Source: a bacterium (lineage in GTDB: Bacteria > Bdellovibrionota_C > UBA2361 > CALJRW01). From it: a stretch of 64,000 nt of DNA. This document shows, piece by piece, positions 39,442 to 49,851 of this stretch. The stretch is taken from positions 32,001-96,000 of the forward strand of contig JANNBC010000025.1 in NCBI GenBank assembly GCA_031385045.1, written 5' to 3'. How positions within the stretch are numbered: position 1 is the first letter of the stretch; each line of letters opens with the position of its first letter. Position numbers and translations under genes: made by a program. The notes under the pieces are model-generated. The model was given only the letters and a program-made list of their open reading frames with translations. It made no database searches and was not told the origin of the DNA.

Positions 39442-40356
39442 TTAGATCTTCCTTTGAGTTGGGAATAAAATCCCTTTGTTAATATAAACAGTTGTAAACA
39501 AAATAAAAGCGTATAAGAACTGTCGCATTGGCCCTAAAATACTTGAGGGTAAGTCAAAAAATCTTAATCCCTCTGGTAGCAGTACGAGAAAGATTGTGGC
39601 AAAGAGTACTCCCCAAAAAGAACCAGGGCGACCGACAATAATAATCGAAAAGACAAACAACATTTCCTGAAGTGAGAAGGATGAGGGATCAATATAGTTA
39701 AGATAATATGCAAAGAATGAACCAGCAATCCCTGCAAAGAAGGAGGCGATTGTAAAGCTCCAAAGCCTAACAGCAGTAGAATTAATTGCTAAGGTTTGTG
39801 AGGCATGAATAAATTCTGATTGTGCTTTTAGCGCCCGGGAGTATGGTGCTTTAAAGATGAAGTAAAGAATTAAATTTGTAATGACAGCAAAGGAAAAAAC
39901 AAGGATTAGAAAATTATAATTATCGGAAAAATCAATTGTAATTAATTCCTGGAAGTTTGGAAATTTTGTAAAATTAAAAGAATCAATTTGGGGGCGAGGA
40001 ATGCCAGGAATACCTAGAACTCCTCTAGTCAGCTCTTTCCAGTTGATTAATAAGGCTGAAATAATAAAGCTAAAGGAGAGTGTCCCGATTGCAAAATAAT
40101 CTAGGCTAAGCCGCAAGGAAATTGCTCCTAGAATTAGAGATAGGAGGGAAGCTAAAATGGCGCTTGCAAAGATACATATGAAGAAAGAATATTGATAATC
40201 AACAGACAAGATTGCCGTTGTATAAGCCCCAATAGCGTAACAGGCAACATGCGCTAAATTAAATAAACCACCAAGCCCAAAATTTAAATTTAGAGCTTGA
40301 GCTGAGATTAAATAAATACAGCTCATGATTGCTAAGTGTAAGTAATACTCATTCAT
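39442..40356 (-). CDS. livM: Branched-chain amino acid ABC transporter permease (LivM-like)
   Basis: GLGGLFNLAH..YAIGAY, DYFAIGTL, TRGVLGIPGIP, YIDPSSF. Confidence 0.85.
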   Translation of the reverse strand: MNEYYLHLAIMSCIYLISAQALNLNFGLGGLFNLAHVACYAIGAYTTAILSVDYQYSFFICIFASAILASLLSLILGAISLRLSLDYFAIGTLSFSFIISALLINWKELTRGVLGIPGIPRPQIDSFNFTKFPNFQELITIDFSDNYNFLILVFSFAVITNLILYFIFKAPYSRALKAQSEFIHASQTLAINSTAVRLWSFTIASFFAGIAGSFFAYYLNYIDPSSFSLQEMLFVFSIIIVGRPGSFWGVLFATIFLVLLPEGLRFFDLPSSILGPMRQFLYAFILFTTVYINKGILFPTQRKI

Positions 40357-40359
40357 ATT

Positions 40360-41250
40360 TTACGCCTTGCGATATGTTCGCCCAAATAAACCTTGAGGAC
40401 GAATAATTAGAATTACTAAAATAATTAAGAATGCAAAAGCGTCTTTATATCCAGCCGGTAAACTATACCCACCAAAGTCTAAGCCAATACTTAGATTCTC
40501 AACCAAGCCTAAAAGAAAAGCTCCAATAATTGTTCCCCAAAGATTTCCCAAGCCTCCCAAGATCATCGCAGCAAAAGCTTTAATCGTATAGGAATTACCC
40601 ATCAGTGGCTGAAGATTAGTTTCATAGGCCAACATGATCCCGCTAAAAGCTGCTACTAAAGAACCAAAAATAAAGACTCCATAGTAAACATAGTGACTAT
40701 TAATACCTAAACTTTGACCAGCAGGAGAATTTTCGGAGAGGGCTCGGATTAATCTTCCGGTAACTGTTTTATGAATTACAAAGGCAACGAGCGTGAGTAG
40801 GAGCAAGGCACTAGCAATAATAATCATTTGAATTGGAGTAATATAGACACTCCCAATTTCCACACTATTTAATAATTCTCCAGCATCTAAGGATTTAACA
40901 TTTACTCCAAAACCAATGGACACTAAAGATTCCAGCATAATTGAAAGTGCTAGAGTCGTAACAAAAACTAAAATTGGATTGAAATTTAAAAATGGATTGA
41001 TAAATACTTTGAAAGTAAAAGCTGCAAAGATTGCGATAAAGATAAAACTGAGTAGGAAAGACAGGTAGAAGTTGATGCCAAAAGTGTTGTTACAGAGGTA
41101 ATAAGAGTAGGCACCAAGCATTAAAATATGCCCATGGGCAAAGTTTAAAATCCTAAGAAGACCATAAACCAGTGAGATTCCGCAACAAACTAGGGCATAA
41201 ATACTGCCAGTTATCATTGAATTAATCAGGAGTTGAGGTAAAATATCCAT
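40360..41250 (-). CDS. livH: Branched-chain amino acid ABC transporter permease (LivH-like)
   Basis: GSIYAL..GISLVYG..LNFAHG, KAFAAMILGGLG, RPQGLFG. Confidence 0.9.
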   Translation of the reverse strand: MDILPQLLINSMITGSIYALVCCGISLVYGLLRILNFAHGHILMLGAYSYYLCNNTFGINFYLSFLLSFIFIAIFAAFTFKVFINPFLNFNPILVFVTTLALSIMLESLVSIGFGVNVKSLDAGELLNSVEIGSVYITPIQMIIIASALLLLTLVAFVIHKTVTGRLIRALSENSPAGQSLGINSHYVYYGVFIFGSLVAAFSGIMLAYETNLQPLMGNSYTIKAFAAMILGGLGNLWGTIIGAFLLGLVENLSIGLDFGGYSLPAGYKDAFAFLIILVILIIRPQGLFGRTYRKA

Positions 41251-41406
41251 TATTATCAGTATCTTACTATAAACTGATTTTTATACAACTAATTATTCTT
41301 AAATAGCATCCAAATATGTAGGAAATGTGCTTAATATGCTGTGCTTAAAATTTCGTACTTAGAGAGCTTCTCTGTTTTAATCCTCAATATTTAATTACTG
41401 CGCTTA

Positions 41407-42798
41407 ATGATTGAAGTAACTCGCAAGAAAATTCTAGTGGTGGATGATGAGCAAATGATCCGCGACACACTTTGTCTGCTCTTAAAGAACAGTTTTGAAA
41501 TTGAAACTTTGAGTTCTGGAGAGGAGCTACTAGGACAGATTATTGAAATTAAACCTGATCTAGTCTTTCTAGATTTAATCCTACCAGGGATGGATGGCTT
41601 AGAAACTTTAAAAAAATTAAAAGCAATTGATAATCAAGTTCCAGTTGTTATGTTATCTGGAAGTAATACTGTTAAAAGTGCTGTCACTTCCATGAAGCTA
41701 GGCGCGATTGATTATGTCCATAAACCTTTTGATGTGGAAGAGTTAAGTGAATTAATTGCAAATATCTTTTTAATTAAATCCACAGAAAAATCCATCCCGG
41801 ATCTTAGTAACTGTGAAAATGCCTCTTTGGGTTCATCATTTAAAATTATCGGAGAGTCTCCCGCGATTCTTGCTGTTCTTGATAAAGTCAAATTAATTTC
41901 GAATCACAAGACTACGGCTTTAATTTCTGGAGAATCAGGCACTGGTAAAGAATTAATTGCTAGGCAAATCCATAATTTGAGCGCCCAATCTACCGCTCCA
42001 TTTGTAGCTTTAAATTGCGCAGCTATTCCAGAAAATTTAATCGAAGCTGAACTGTTTGGTTATGAAAAGGGGGCCTTCACCGGAGCCGATCAAGTAAAAC
42101 TTGGATTGGTTGAGATGGCTGATCAGGGAACTCTTTTCTTAGATGAGATTGGAGAATTGCCTTTAGCTTTACAGGTGAAGCTACTTAGGTTTTTACAGGG
42201 GCAAGAATTTTTTCGCTTAGGATCTTCCAAGTCTCGAAAGGTTGATGTGCGGATTATTACTGCCACTAATCAGAATTTAGAAAAAATGGTTGAACAAGGT
42301 ACATTTCGGCAGGATTTATTTTATCGCATTAATGTTGTTCATTTAGAATTACCTGCGCTTCGTACTCGAGGTAATGACTGGGAATTAATCGCTGATTATT
42401 TTCATGAAAAATTTGCTAAAAAATATCAAAAATCTGTACTAAAGTTTTCAGCAGATTGCTGGCAGGTAATTGCAAATTATCCTTGGCCGGGCAATGTTCG
42501 TGAATTAGAGAATGTGATGGAAGGTGCTTATGCTCTTAGTAATAGTGCGGTAATCGAAGTTGAACATTTACCAGCAAGGATTAGACCACATCTTGCCAGT
42601 AATAAACTGAATACTTCTATTGAAGTTAGTTCCGATAATTTAGATTTATTAGAGGCGGGGCAAGAGTTTGAAAAAACGATGATTGAAAAGGCTCTAAGCA
42701 AAACTAATAATGTCCAAACCAAAGCTGCTGATTTACTGGGGATTAGTCGTCGGATTCTAAAGTATAAAATGGATAAACTGGGAATTAAAGTATCATAG
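41407..42798 (+). CDS. Sigma54-dependent response regulator (NtrC/AtoC family)
   Basis: Receiver VVDD..D..PGMDG..KPF; GESGTGKE, GAFTGA, FLDEIGE, WPGNVREL; Fis HTH. Confidence 0.95.
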   Translation: MIEVTRKKILVVDDEQMIRDTLCLLLKNSFEIETLSSGEELLGQIIEIKPDLVFLDLILPGMDGLETLKKLKAIDNQVPVVMLSGSNTVKSAVTSMKLGAIDYVHKPFDVEELSELIANIFLIKSTEKSIPDLSNCENASLGSSFKIIGESPAILAVLDKVKLISNHKTTALISGESGTGKELIARQIHNLSAQSTAPFVALNCAAIPENLIEAELFGYEKGAFTGADQVKLGLVEMADQGTLFLDEIGELPLALQVKLLRFLQGQEFFRLGSSKSRKVDVRIITATNQNLEKMVEQGTFRQDLFYRINVVHLELPALRTRGNDWELIADYFHEKFAKKYQKSVLKFSADCWQVIANYPWPGNVRELENVMEGAYALSNSAVIEVEHLPARIRPHLASNKLNTSIEVSSDNLDLLEAGQEFEKTMIEKALSKTNNVQTKAADLLGISRRILKYKMDKLGIKVS

Positions 42799-42811
42799 CG
42801 TCTTACTAAGC

Positions 42812-43114
42812 CTACTTAAACAAATCGTCTAGTTTTTTCAAGCTATCAGTTGATTGCTTAGATTCTAGGTTGCTATTAGTTTTAAATCGAAAAAACTCAC
42901 AGCGATTACTTCGTTCTTTATCAGTAACTTTTTCGGCCTGATTTTCAGCACATTGATTGTTAAGAGTGAAGTCATAAAAGCGACAGTTTTTGCAGACATG
43001 AAGGTCTTGTCGGCATCCCAAACATGATTCTCGAAAGGAAATCTTTTGATTTTCAGTAACAGCAACTTGACGATTGCATTTGTAACATTGATAATCAATT
43101 GTCATATTATTCAT
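42812..43114 (-). CDS. Small Cys-rich, probable zinc-binding protein
   Basis: CYKC, CLGC..DLHVCKNCRFYD...C.E......DKERSNRCEFF, LDDLFK. Confidence 0.7.
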   Translation of the reverse strand: MNNMTIDYQCYKCNRQVAVTENQKISFRESCLGCRQDLHVCKNCRFYDFTLNNQCAENQAEKVTDKERSNRCEFFRFKTNSNLESKQSTDSLKKLDDLFK

Positions 43115-43125
43115 AAAGCTAATTC

Positions 43126-44349
43126 ATGCAAATTAATATCAAAACCTATCCTAACGGTCTTACACTGATTTATCAACAAGTTAAAGAAATAAGTTCTGCG
43201 GCTTATAATTTAAATTTTGGTACTGGAGTAATCGATGACCCTGAATCTCGAGTCGGTGCAAGCTTAATCTTAAGTGAGCTTACTGGTCGTCAAGTTGCTA
43301 AGTATTCTCAACAAGAGCTATCTGACTTATTTGATGGCAATGGTATTTCCCATGGAGAAAGTGCCAAATTAGAAAGGTTTCAGTTTCAGGGTAGTTGCCT
43401 TTCAGCAAAGTTGCCTGAAGCGCTTGAGTTACTCTACTTACTGTTTGATCAGCCTGTTTTATCAGAAGAGAGTTTGCCAAAAGTTAAAGAATTATTAATC
43501 CAAGAAATACTGAGTTTACAGGATGAACCTTCTAAGTTGGTGGGGAGAGAATTTAATCAAAGATATTTTCCAGCACCTTATAACCGTTCTTTAATGGGTG
43601 AGCTTGCTGGAGTAACAGCTACTTCCATCTCTGATCTTGAGCAGGTTTATAAAAACCAATACCAATTATCCAATGCGCTGCTTTCAATTGTTGCTAATCT
43701 GGAATTATCAGAAATTGAATCAGCAATTCAGCCATTTATTGCTAGAGTTAAGGTTGCTGATTTTCGAGCAGATCCAGCTTGGCCAGAATTTCCAGCACAG
43801 TTTCAAGATCACTTAGATTATGACTCTTCGCAAACTCAAATCTTATTAGCCTATAAAGCTCCAAAGATTAGTTCCCTTGACTATTATCCAATGAGACTAG
43901 TTAATGGATTATTATCAGGTGGAATGTTCGGGCGTTTATTTTTAGAAGTTAGAGAGAAGCGGGGACTTTGCTATAGCGTCTATTCTAGTTATACAGCTCA
44001 TCCCGAGTATGGTCGACTAATTTGTTACTCGGGCACAACGGCAGAACGTGCTAGGGCAACTTTAGATGTGATTCAAGAAGTTCTAACTAGTTTAGTAAAT
44101 ACAATAACTAACCAAGAGTTAGGTCGAGTTAAAACAGATATACTTTCCTCATTGGTAATTTCGCGAGAATCCTCACTTTCCAAAGCAATTAGCTATGCTA
44201 ATGATTATGAAAACTTTAAATATATTCGTAGCCTGGATGAGATTAAAACTAAGATTACAGAGTTAAGTATTGATGATTTAAATCAATTTTTAGAAAAAAA
44301 TCCTTTTGAAAATCCATCGATTCTTACTTTAGGAAAGAATAAAATTTAA
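43126..44349 (+). CDS. M16B peptidase, non-catalytic subunit
   Basis: YPNGL, GRLFLEVREKRGLCYSVYS; lacks HXXEH. Confidence 0.88.
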   Translation: MQINIKTYPNGLTLIYQQVKEISSAAYNLNFGTGVIDDPESRVGASLILSELTGRQVAKYSQQELSDLFDGNGISHGESAKLERFQFQGSCLSAKLPEALELLYLLFDQPVLSEESLPKVKELLIQEILSLQDEPSKLVGREFNQRYFPAPYNRSLMGELAGVTATSISDLEQVYKNQYQLSNALLSIVANLELSEIESAIQPFIARVKVADFRADPAWPEFPAQFQDHLDYDSSQTQILLAYKAPKISSLDYYPMRLVNGLLSGGMFGRLFLEVREKRGLCYSVYSSYTAHPEYGRLICYSGTTAERARATLDVIQEVLTSLVNTITNQELGRVKTDILSSLVISRESSLSKAISYANDYENFKYIRSLDEIKTKITELSIDDLNQFLEKNPFENPSILTLGKNKI

Positions 44350-44376
44350 TATCGATCACTTTTAAAATAGTATTTT

Positions 44377-45603
44377 ATGAATATGAATTCTTTATTATCT
44401 CATAAGCTTCCCAATGGTTTGCAAATAGTTGGCGAGTATTTACCATCGGCAAACTCTTGTTCTATTGGTGTGATGGTCAATACAGGCTCTCGTGATGAAA
44501 CAGTCCTAGAAAGTGGGATTTCCCATTTTTTAGAGCATATGCTTTTTAAGGGAACGTTTAAGCGATCAGCCAAAGAAGTGAATGATCGACTGGGAGAATT
44601 GGGAGCGCAGGCTAATGCCTATACTTCAGTGGAACACACAACTTACTATGCAACGATTATTCCTGAGTTTCAGTCGGGCTACTTAGAATTGCTCTTAGAT
44701 ATGCTTCAACCAAAGCTAGATTCCGAAGAATTTGATATGGAGAAGAAAGTTATCCTGGAAGAGATTGCTCGCAAGAATGACGATCCTAGTTCTTATTTTT
44801 ACATGGAAACGGTAGCGGATTATTTTGCTAGTCATCCACTAGGCAACTCTGTCCTTGGATCTGTGGAATCTGTCTCGGCCATTACAGTGGAGCAGATGCG
44901 TGATTATTGGGAGCGTCGCTATCAGACTAAGAATATGGTTTTAAGTGTCGCAGGTAAGTTTGACTGGGAACAGTTTTGTCTAGACGCAGAAAAATTGACT
45001 AAAGATTGGAAGACTCGTGATACTAGCCGCAATTACCCAGAGCTTGTTTTTAATTCTGTGAAAAAAAACTTTCTTCGCGACAAGTTAAACATGACTCATT
45101 TGCTATTTGTGCTTCCTGGCCCATCTGCACAAGACACTGATTATTATCCCGCAAATCTTTGGGCTAATATTATTGGTGATCAAACTGGATCTAAGATTTA
45201 TTGGGATTTGCTTGAGCCCGGTATTGTAGAGTCATGCTATCTTTGGGTTGATGCCAACGATCAAGCTGGATCTATTTTAGTTTATGCTTCTTGCGATCCT
45301 AAAAATATCGATCTTGTTAATGCCAAGCTTAAATCTTATTTGACGGCAGAACTCAATTTTACTGAAAAAGAATTAGAGCGTTCCAAGACAAAACTTGCTA
45401 GTCGTTTGGCGATTTCTGCTGAAATGCCATACAACCGCATGATTAACTTATCAGAGAACTTTTTATATCAAGGTCAAACTGAGACTATTCATCAGACAAT
45501 AGCGAAGGTAAATGCTGTCGGCACTTCTGATATTCAGAAATTTCTGGATGGTCGTGATTTCTCTACTTATGGTGAGTATCGATTGTTAGCGGAAGAGAAT
45601 TAA
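44377..45603 (+). CDS. M16B peptidase, catalytic subunit
   Basis: GSRDE, GISHFLEHMLFKGT, NAYTS.EHT. Confidence 0.93.
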   Translation: MNMNSLLSHKLPNGLQIVGEYLPSANSCSIGVMVNTGSRDETVLESGISHFLEHMLFKGTFKRSAKEVNDRLGELGAQANAYTSVEHTTYYATIIPEFQSGYLELLLDMLQPKLDSEEFDMEKKVILEEIARKNDDPSSYFYMETVADYFASHPLGNSVLGSVESVSAITVEQMRDYWERRYQTKNMVLSVAGKFDWEQFCLDAEKLTKDWKTRDTSRNYPELVFNSVKKNFLRDKLNMTHLLFVLPGPSAQDTDYYPANLWANIIGDQTGSKIYWDLLEPGIVESCYLWVDANDQAGSILVYASCDPKNIDLVNAKLKSYLTAELNFTEKELERSKTKLASRLAISAEMPYNRMINLSENFLYQGQTETIHQTIAKVNAVGTSDIQKFLDGRDFSTYGEYRLLAEEN

Positions 45604-45643
45604 GGTTTTGGATTAATCTTTGTGGAAAGTAGCAGGGGATGCC

Positions 45644-45665
45644 GTGAGTCAGTTAGCTGACTCAC
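45644..45665. terminator. Hairpin between convergent genes
   Basis: gtgagtcag-ttag-ctgactcac. Confidence 0.5.
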
Positions 45666-45692
45666 AGTCTTCCTACTAACAGCTTAGGTATA

Positions 45693-46100
45693 CTAGTAAC
45701 TCTCCTCGTCTTCTTCATCTTCAGACTCTTCATCTTCTTCTATGCTATCAAGATCTTCTAGATCTTCATCTAAGAGTAATTCATCATCTTCCTCGGGATC
45801 ATCTTCTTCCGAGTGATCCTCTTCATCTACATCAAAAACATCAGGATCTATTTCTTGGATAGCTTCCATTAAATGAGCAATAACTGAAGCAATCTCTTCC
45901 GTGGAATAGTCTTCGCTATCAATTACACCTTCTAATGCGAGGCGAACCTCGTTAATGATTTCTGATTCGACTTCAGGGCTTTCTTCTTCTAGCTCTTCAT
46001 CGTCCTCTGTGTGATCTTCTGCAATCTTTGATTGTAGCTCTTGGAATCCTTCCATTAGCATCGCTAACGCTTCCATGATTTTATCTACTGGTTTCGCCAT
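45693..46100 (-). CDS. Highly acidic hypothetical protein
   Basis: 135 aa, D/E-dominated, helical N-half and low-complexity acidic tail. Confidence 0.75.
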   Translation of the reverse strand: MAKPVDKIMEALAMLMEGFQELQSKIAEDHTEDDEELEEESPEVESEIINEVRLALEGVIDSEDYSTEEIASVIAHLMEAIQEIDPDVFDVDEEDHSEEDDPEEDDELLLDEDLEDLDSIEEDEESEDEEDEESY

Positions 46101-46451
46101 ACAATTATTTATTAAAAAGTTTAGTATTACTTAAGTGATCTTATGCAATATTTTGAAATTAAAGAAAAGGGGAAAATTTAAATCCAATTAGCCTTACTGG
46201 GTAAGGTTATTTTCTAATCTATATTTATGTTTATCATATTTAGGTTAGCAGTCTTAGTCGTTTTATACTAATCCTTGCTAGTGTGATGCTGAGTGTTAAT
46301 CCTGAGCTTCAAGAAAGGCGCAATTAATAGTTATTTTGACTTAGTTAGGGTAAAATTTATCTTAATTAAACAGATTTACCCTCTTTTTAAAACCCTTAAA
46401 CTTAACTATATTAGATAGTAATTCCATAAAAGTTAAAATATGGAATCAAGT

Positions 46452-46482
46452 AGTCCTGTCATCTCAAGTTGATGACAGGACT
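46452..46482 (+). promoter_or_regulatory. Perfect hairpin in the ftsK leader
   Basis: agtcctgtcatc-tcaagtt-gatgacaggact, 12-bp stem, T-run shortly after. Confidence 0.35.
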
Positions 46483-46515
46483 GTAAAGGTTTTTTAGCAG
46501 TTAAAAGGTAAGAAT

Positions 46516-49017
46516 ATGGCTAGTCGTAAAAAGGCAAAAGCTGAGGTTGTCATTCCTGAAAATAACAAAGGTTTTGGGGATTTTATCGCCATCGTTTTGT
46601 TTGCCACTGGCATCTTCTCCATGGTTTCGTTCCTTTCACTTCAATATTACATTGCCACAATCCCCCTGGATTCTACATTACAACAGTCCTCAGAGAATAA
46701 TTTAATGGGACCATTAGGGCACTACTTCTCCGTATTAATTAATGGTGCTTTTGGTTGGTCGGCTCTTTTTTTTCCAATTAGTTGTTTTCTACTAGCAACA
46801 TATAACGCTTTCTACCGTGATCAAGATTTTTCTTGGTATTTTAAACCAAGTAGTATCTTCTCATTAATCCTAGCTGGATTGTTAGTAGCTGGTCTAAATT
46901 TTACTTATTTTCAAGATGTTGGCGGTGGTGAAATTGGGGCTTTGATTTCTAATCCATTAATTCGCTATTTTAATTTTGGAGGCGCGGTTCTTGTTCAGAG
47001 CAGTTTAGCTGTTCTGATTATTGCTCACCTTAGTCGCTTAACAATTGCTGAAATCTTAGGTTTTGGGACTAGATTATTTACAGTTGCCAGTAAATTTCTT
47101 TTTTGGGAGTTACCTAAGTATGCTTGTGAATTTATCGGAAGCATCTGGCAGGATTTTGTTAGCTACCGAGAAGAGCGCCGAGAGCTTGCTGTCGCTGGAA
47201 ATTTTGCGATTGATATTGAAATTCCCGAGCCTAAAAAGACACGTGCTCCTAAGAAGAATGAGTTCATTATTGAAAAACCAGTTACTGAGCCTAAAAAGGC
47301 TTCTCGTAAACAGATCGAAACTGAAATTGTAGAAGAAGAGGATGAGGAGTACGAAGAAGATACTAGAGAAGTCATTGTTCGCCGTCGAGATATTCAGGGA
47401 GTAAGTAAGCAACTGAAAAAAAGAAAGCGCCCAGTCTTTGATAGTTATTGTCCACCAGATTTTGATATCTTAACACCGGGGGATAGTTCTGGTGGAATGG
47501 AAGATGATCAATTGTTAATTCAGATGTCTGAGTTGATTGAAGAGAAACTTTCAGATTTTAATATTTTAGGAAAAGTAACTGAAGTTCATCCAGGGCCGGT
47601 GATTACCATGTTTGAGTTTGAACCTGCGGCTGGAGTTAAGGTAGGTAAGATTGCTTCCTTGCAGGACGATCTAGCAATGAGCTTAAAAGCTAGCGCTATT
47701 CGTATTATTGCTCCAATCCCCAATAAGGGGACTGTTGGAATTGAAGTTCCTAATATTCATCGAGACATTGTTCGCCTCCGAGAAGTTTTTGAGTCACCTG
47801 ATTTCTTACAAGAAGAGAAAGATTTAAGTATTGCACTTGGTAAAGATATTTATGGAGAGCCTGTCGTAGTTGACGTTGCTAGTATGCCACACTTATTACT
47901 TGCTGGAGCGACTGGGGCTGGTAAATCAGTTTGTATTAATACTATTTTACTAAGTTTATTATTTCGTTCTTCGCCCGAAGACTTAGGCTTAATTTTAATT
48001 GATCCAAAAATCCTGGAGCTTAGTGTTTATGATGGAATTCCACATTTAAGAGCTCCGGTTGTAACAGTTCCAAAGCAAGCTAAGGCAGTCTTAGAGTGGG
48101 CTGTTAAAGAGATGAATAGCCGTTATCGAATGATGCAAAAACACGGCGTTCGTAATATTGATGGTTATAATCGGATGGTTCGTGGACTAGATGATCAAAA
48201 TTCTTCTCCTAAGAAAAAAATCCCGGGAGTTATTAGCTTACAAGCCGAGCAAGTGATCGCACTTGGGAATACCGATCTCGATCTTAATGATACGTCTAGC
48301 GAAGTTGCTGAAGTTTCTATTTCAGAAGAGCTCCAGACTCTTCCGAAGATTGTAATCGTAATTGATGAAATGGCTGATTTAATGTTATCAGTCGGTCGTG
48401 ATATTGAAGATCTTGTGGCACGCTTAGCTCAGAAAGCTCGGGCCGCAGGGATTCATATGATTCTTGCGACTCAAAGACCTTCTGTTGATGTAATTACTGG
48501 TTTGATTAAAGCCAATTTCCCGGCTCGAATTTCTTTTCGTGTTACTAGCCGCATTGACTCTAGGACAATCTTAGATTCAATGGGCGCAGAAAGATTGCTA
48601 GGCAAGGGCGATATGTTAATGATGATGCCTGGGGCTCACCATTTAAAAAGGGTTCATGGAGCTTTCGTTTCGGATCAAGAAGTAAATAATGTAATTGCTA
48701 AATTAAAAGAAGGTTCCAAGCCACAGTATGACGAAGAAATCATGGACTATTGTGCTAGAGCAATGGAGGAAGATAAAAAGTCTGATGAGAAGGGGAATGA
48801 GTTAGACTATGATGAGCTGTATGATCAGGTTCTAGAATTTGTAGTCGAGAAGGGGCAAGCTTCTACCTCAATGATTCAACGTAATTACCGAATCGGTTAT
48901 AACCGAGCAGCTAGGATTATGGACTCTTTAGAGCGGGACGGTGTTATTGGACCAATGGATGGTGCTAAGCCTAGAGAGGTTTTGATGAAAATGGATGATG
49001 CTGGGTTTAGCCGCTAA
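46516..49017 (+). CDS. ftsK: DNA translocase FtsK
   Basis: 4TM N-terminus, GPVITMFE, MPHLLLAGATGAGKS, IDPK, IDEMADL, ATQRPSVDVITG, gamma domain IGYNRAAR. Confidence 0.97.
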   Translation: MASRKKAKAEVVIPENNKGFGDFIAIVLFATGIFSMVSFLSLQYYIATIPLDSTLQQSSENNLMGPLGHYFSVLINGAFGWSALFFPISCFLLATYNAFYRDQDFSWYFKPSSIFSLILAGLLVAGLNFTYFQDVGGGEIGALISNPLIRYFNFGGAVLVQSSLAVLIIAHLSRLTIAEILGFGTRLFTVASKFLFWELPKYACEFIGSIWQDFVSYREERRELAVAGNFAIDIEIPEPKKTRAPKKNEFIIEKPVTEPKKASRKQIETEIVEEEDEEYEEDTREVIVRRRDIQGVSKQLKKRKRPVFDSYCPPDFDILTPGDSSGGMEDDQLLIQMSELIEEKLSDFNILGKVTEVHPGPVITMFEFEPAAGVKVGKIASLQDDLAMSLKASAIRIIAPIPNKGTVGIEVPNIHRDIVRLREVFESPDFLQEEKDLSIALGKDIYGEPVVVDVASMPHLLLAGATGAGKSVCINTILLSLLFRSSPEDLGLILIDPKILELSVYDGIPHLRAPVVTVPKQAKAVLEWAVKEMNSRYRMMQKHGVRNIDGYNRMVRGLDDQNSSPKKKIPGVISLQAEQVIALGNTDLDLNDTSSEVAEVSISEELQTLPKIVIVIDEMADLMLSVGRDIEDLVARLAQKARAAGIHMILATQRPSVDVITGLIKANFPARISFRVTSRIDSRTILDSMGAERLLGKGDMLMMMPGAHHLKRVHGAFVSDQEVNNVIAKLKEGSKPQYDEEIMDYCARAMEEDKKSDEKGNELDYDELYDQVLEFVVEKGQASTSMIQRNYRIGYNRAARIMDSLERDGVIGPMDGAKPREVLMKMDDAGFSR

Positions 49018-49232
49018 CTAGTTTTTAGATACACTCTTAAACGATGGGCGATAATCAGTGGATTGTTATACTCTGAACTTCACTAATTGAGATTTTAGTG
49101 CCAGTAGTAATCAAGCTGGCTTAGATTTGTTTCTAAAAGTCCTTTAAGTTCTTCTTGAATAATCTAATAAGTTAAGTTTACTATGTACAATTAGTATACC
49201 TCAAATAAATTCCTTTTAACATCAATTTTTCT

Positions 49233-49850
49233 ATGTTGATTTATATTTTGAGTCTCATTGGAGTTTCGGTCTTTGCAGTAAGCGGAGCATTAGCAGCTGG
49301 TAATAAAAATTATGATTGGATTGGAGTTTTTGCAATTGCATTTGTAACTGCTGTAGGTGGAGGAACCTTAAGAGACTTATTGCTTAACAGATCGGCAGTT
49401 TTTTGGGTGGCGGATCCTAACTATCTTTGGACTGTATTAATATCAACAGTCTTAATTTTAATTTATGCCAAATATTTTCAGCCACCATTTAATCTTTTAT
49501 TATCTGCTGATGCCTTTGGGTTGGCCTTATTCTCAATTTCTGGAGCACAAATCGCTGAACAATATTCTTCGGCTGGGATTGTTATTGTACTAATGGGAGT
49601 AATCACTGGAGCTGTCGGTGGTGTAATAAGGGATGTCTTAACTCAGGAAGCGCCACTTGTTTTTAGCCCCAAAGAAAATCTTTATTCATCAGCTGCTATG
49701 ATCGGTATTATTTGTTATCTCTTTAGCAAAACTCTGGGAGTGGGTGGAACAACCGCGAGTTTAATTGGTATTGCTGTAATACTCTTGGTTCGTTTTTCGG
49801 CAATTATTTGGCAGATTCGTCTACCTGCTTTTAATCCACGCAAATCATAA
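49233..49850 (+). CDS. UPF0126 / trimeric intracellular cation channel family protein
   Basis: FAVSGAL, TAVGGGTLRDLL, DAFGLALF, GAVGGVIRDVL. Confidence 0.92.
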   Translation: MLIYILSLIGVSVFAVSGALAAGNKNYDWIGVFAIAFVTAVGGGTLRDLLLNRSAVFWVADPNYLWTVLISTVLILIYAKYFQPPFNLLLSADAFGLALFSISGAQIAEQYSSAGIVIVLMGVITGAVGGVIRDVLTQEAPLVFSPKENLYSSAAMIGIICYLFSKTLGVGGTTASLIGIAVILLVRFSAIIWQIRLPAFNPRKS

Positions 49851-49851
49851 G

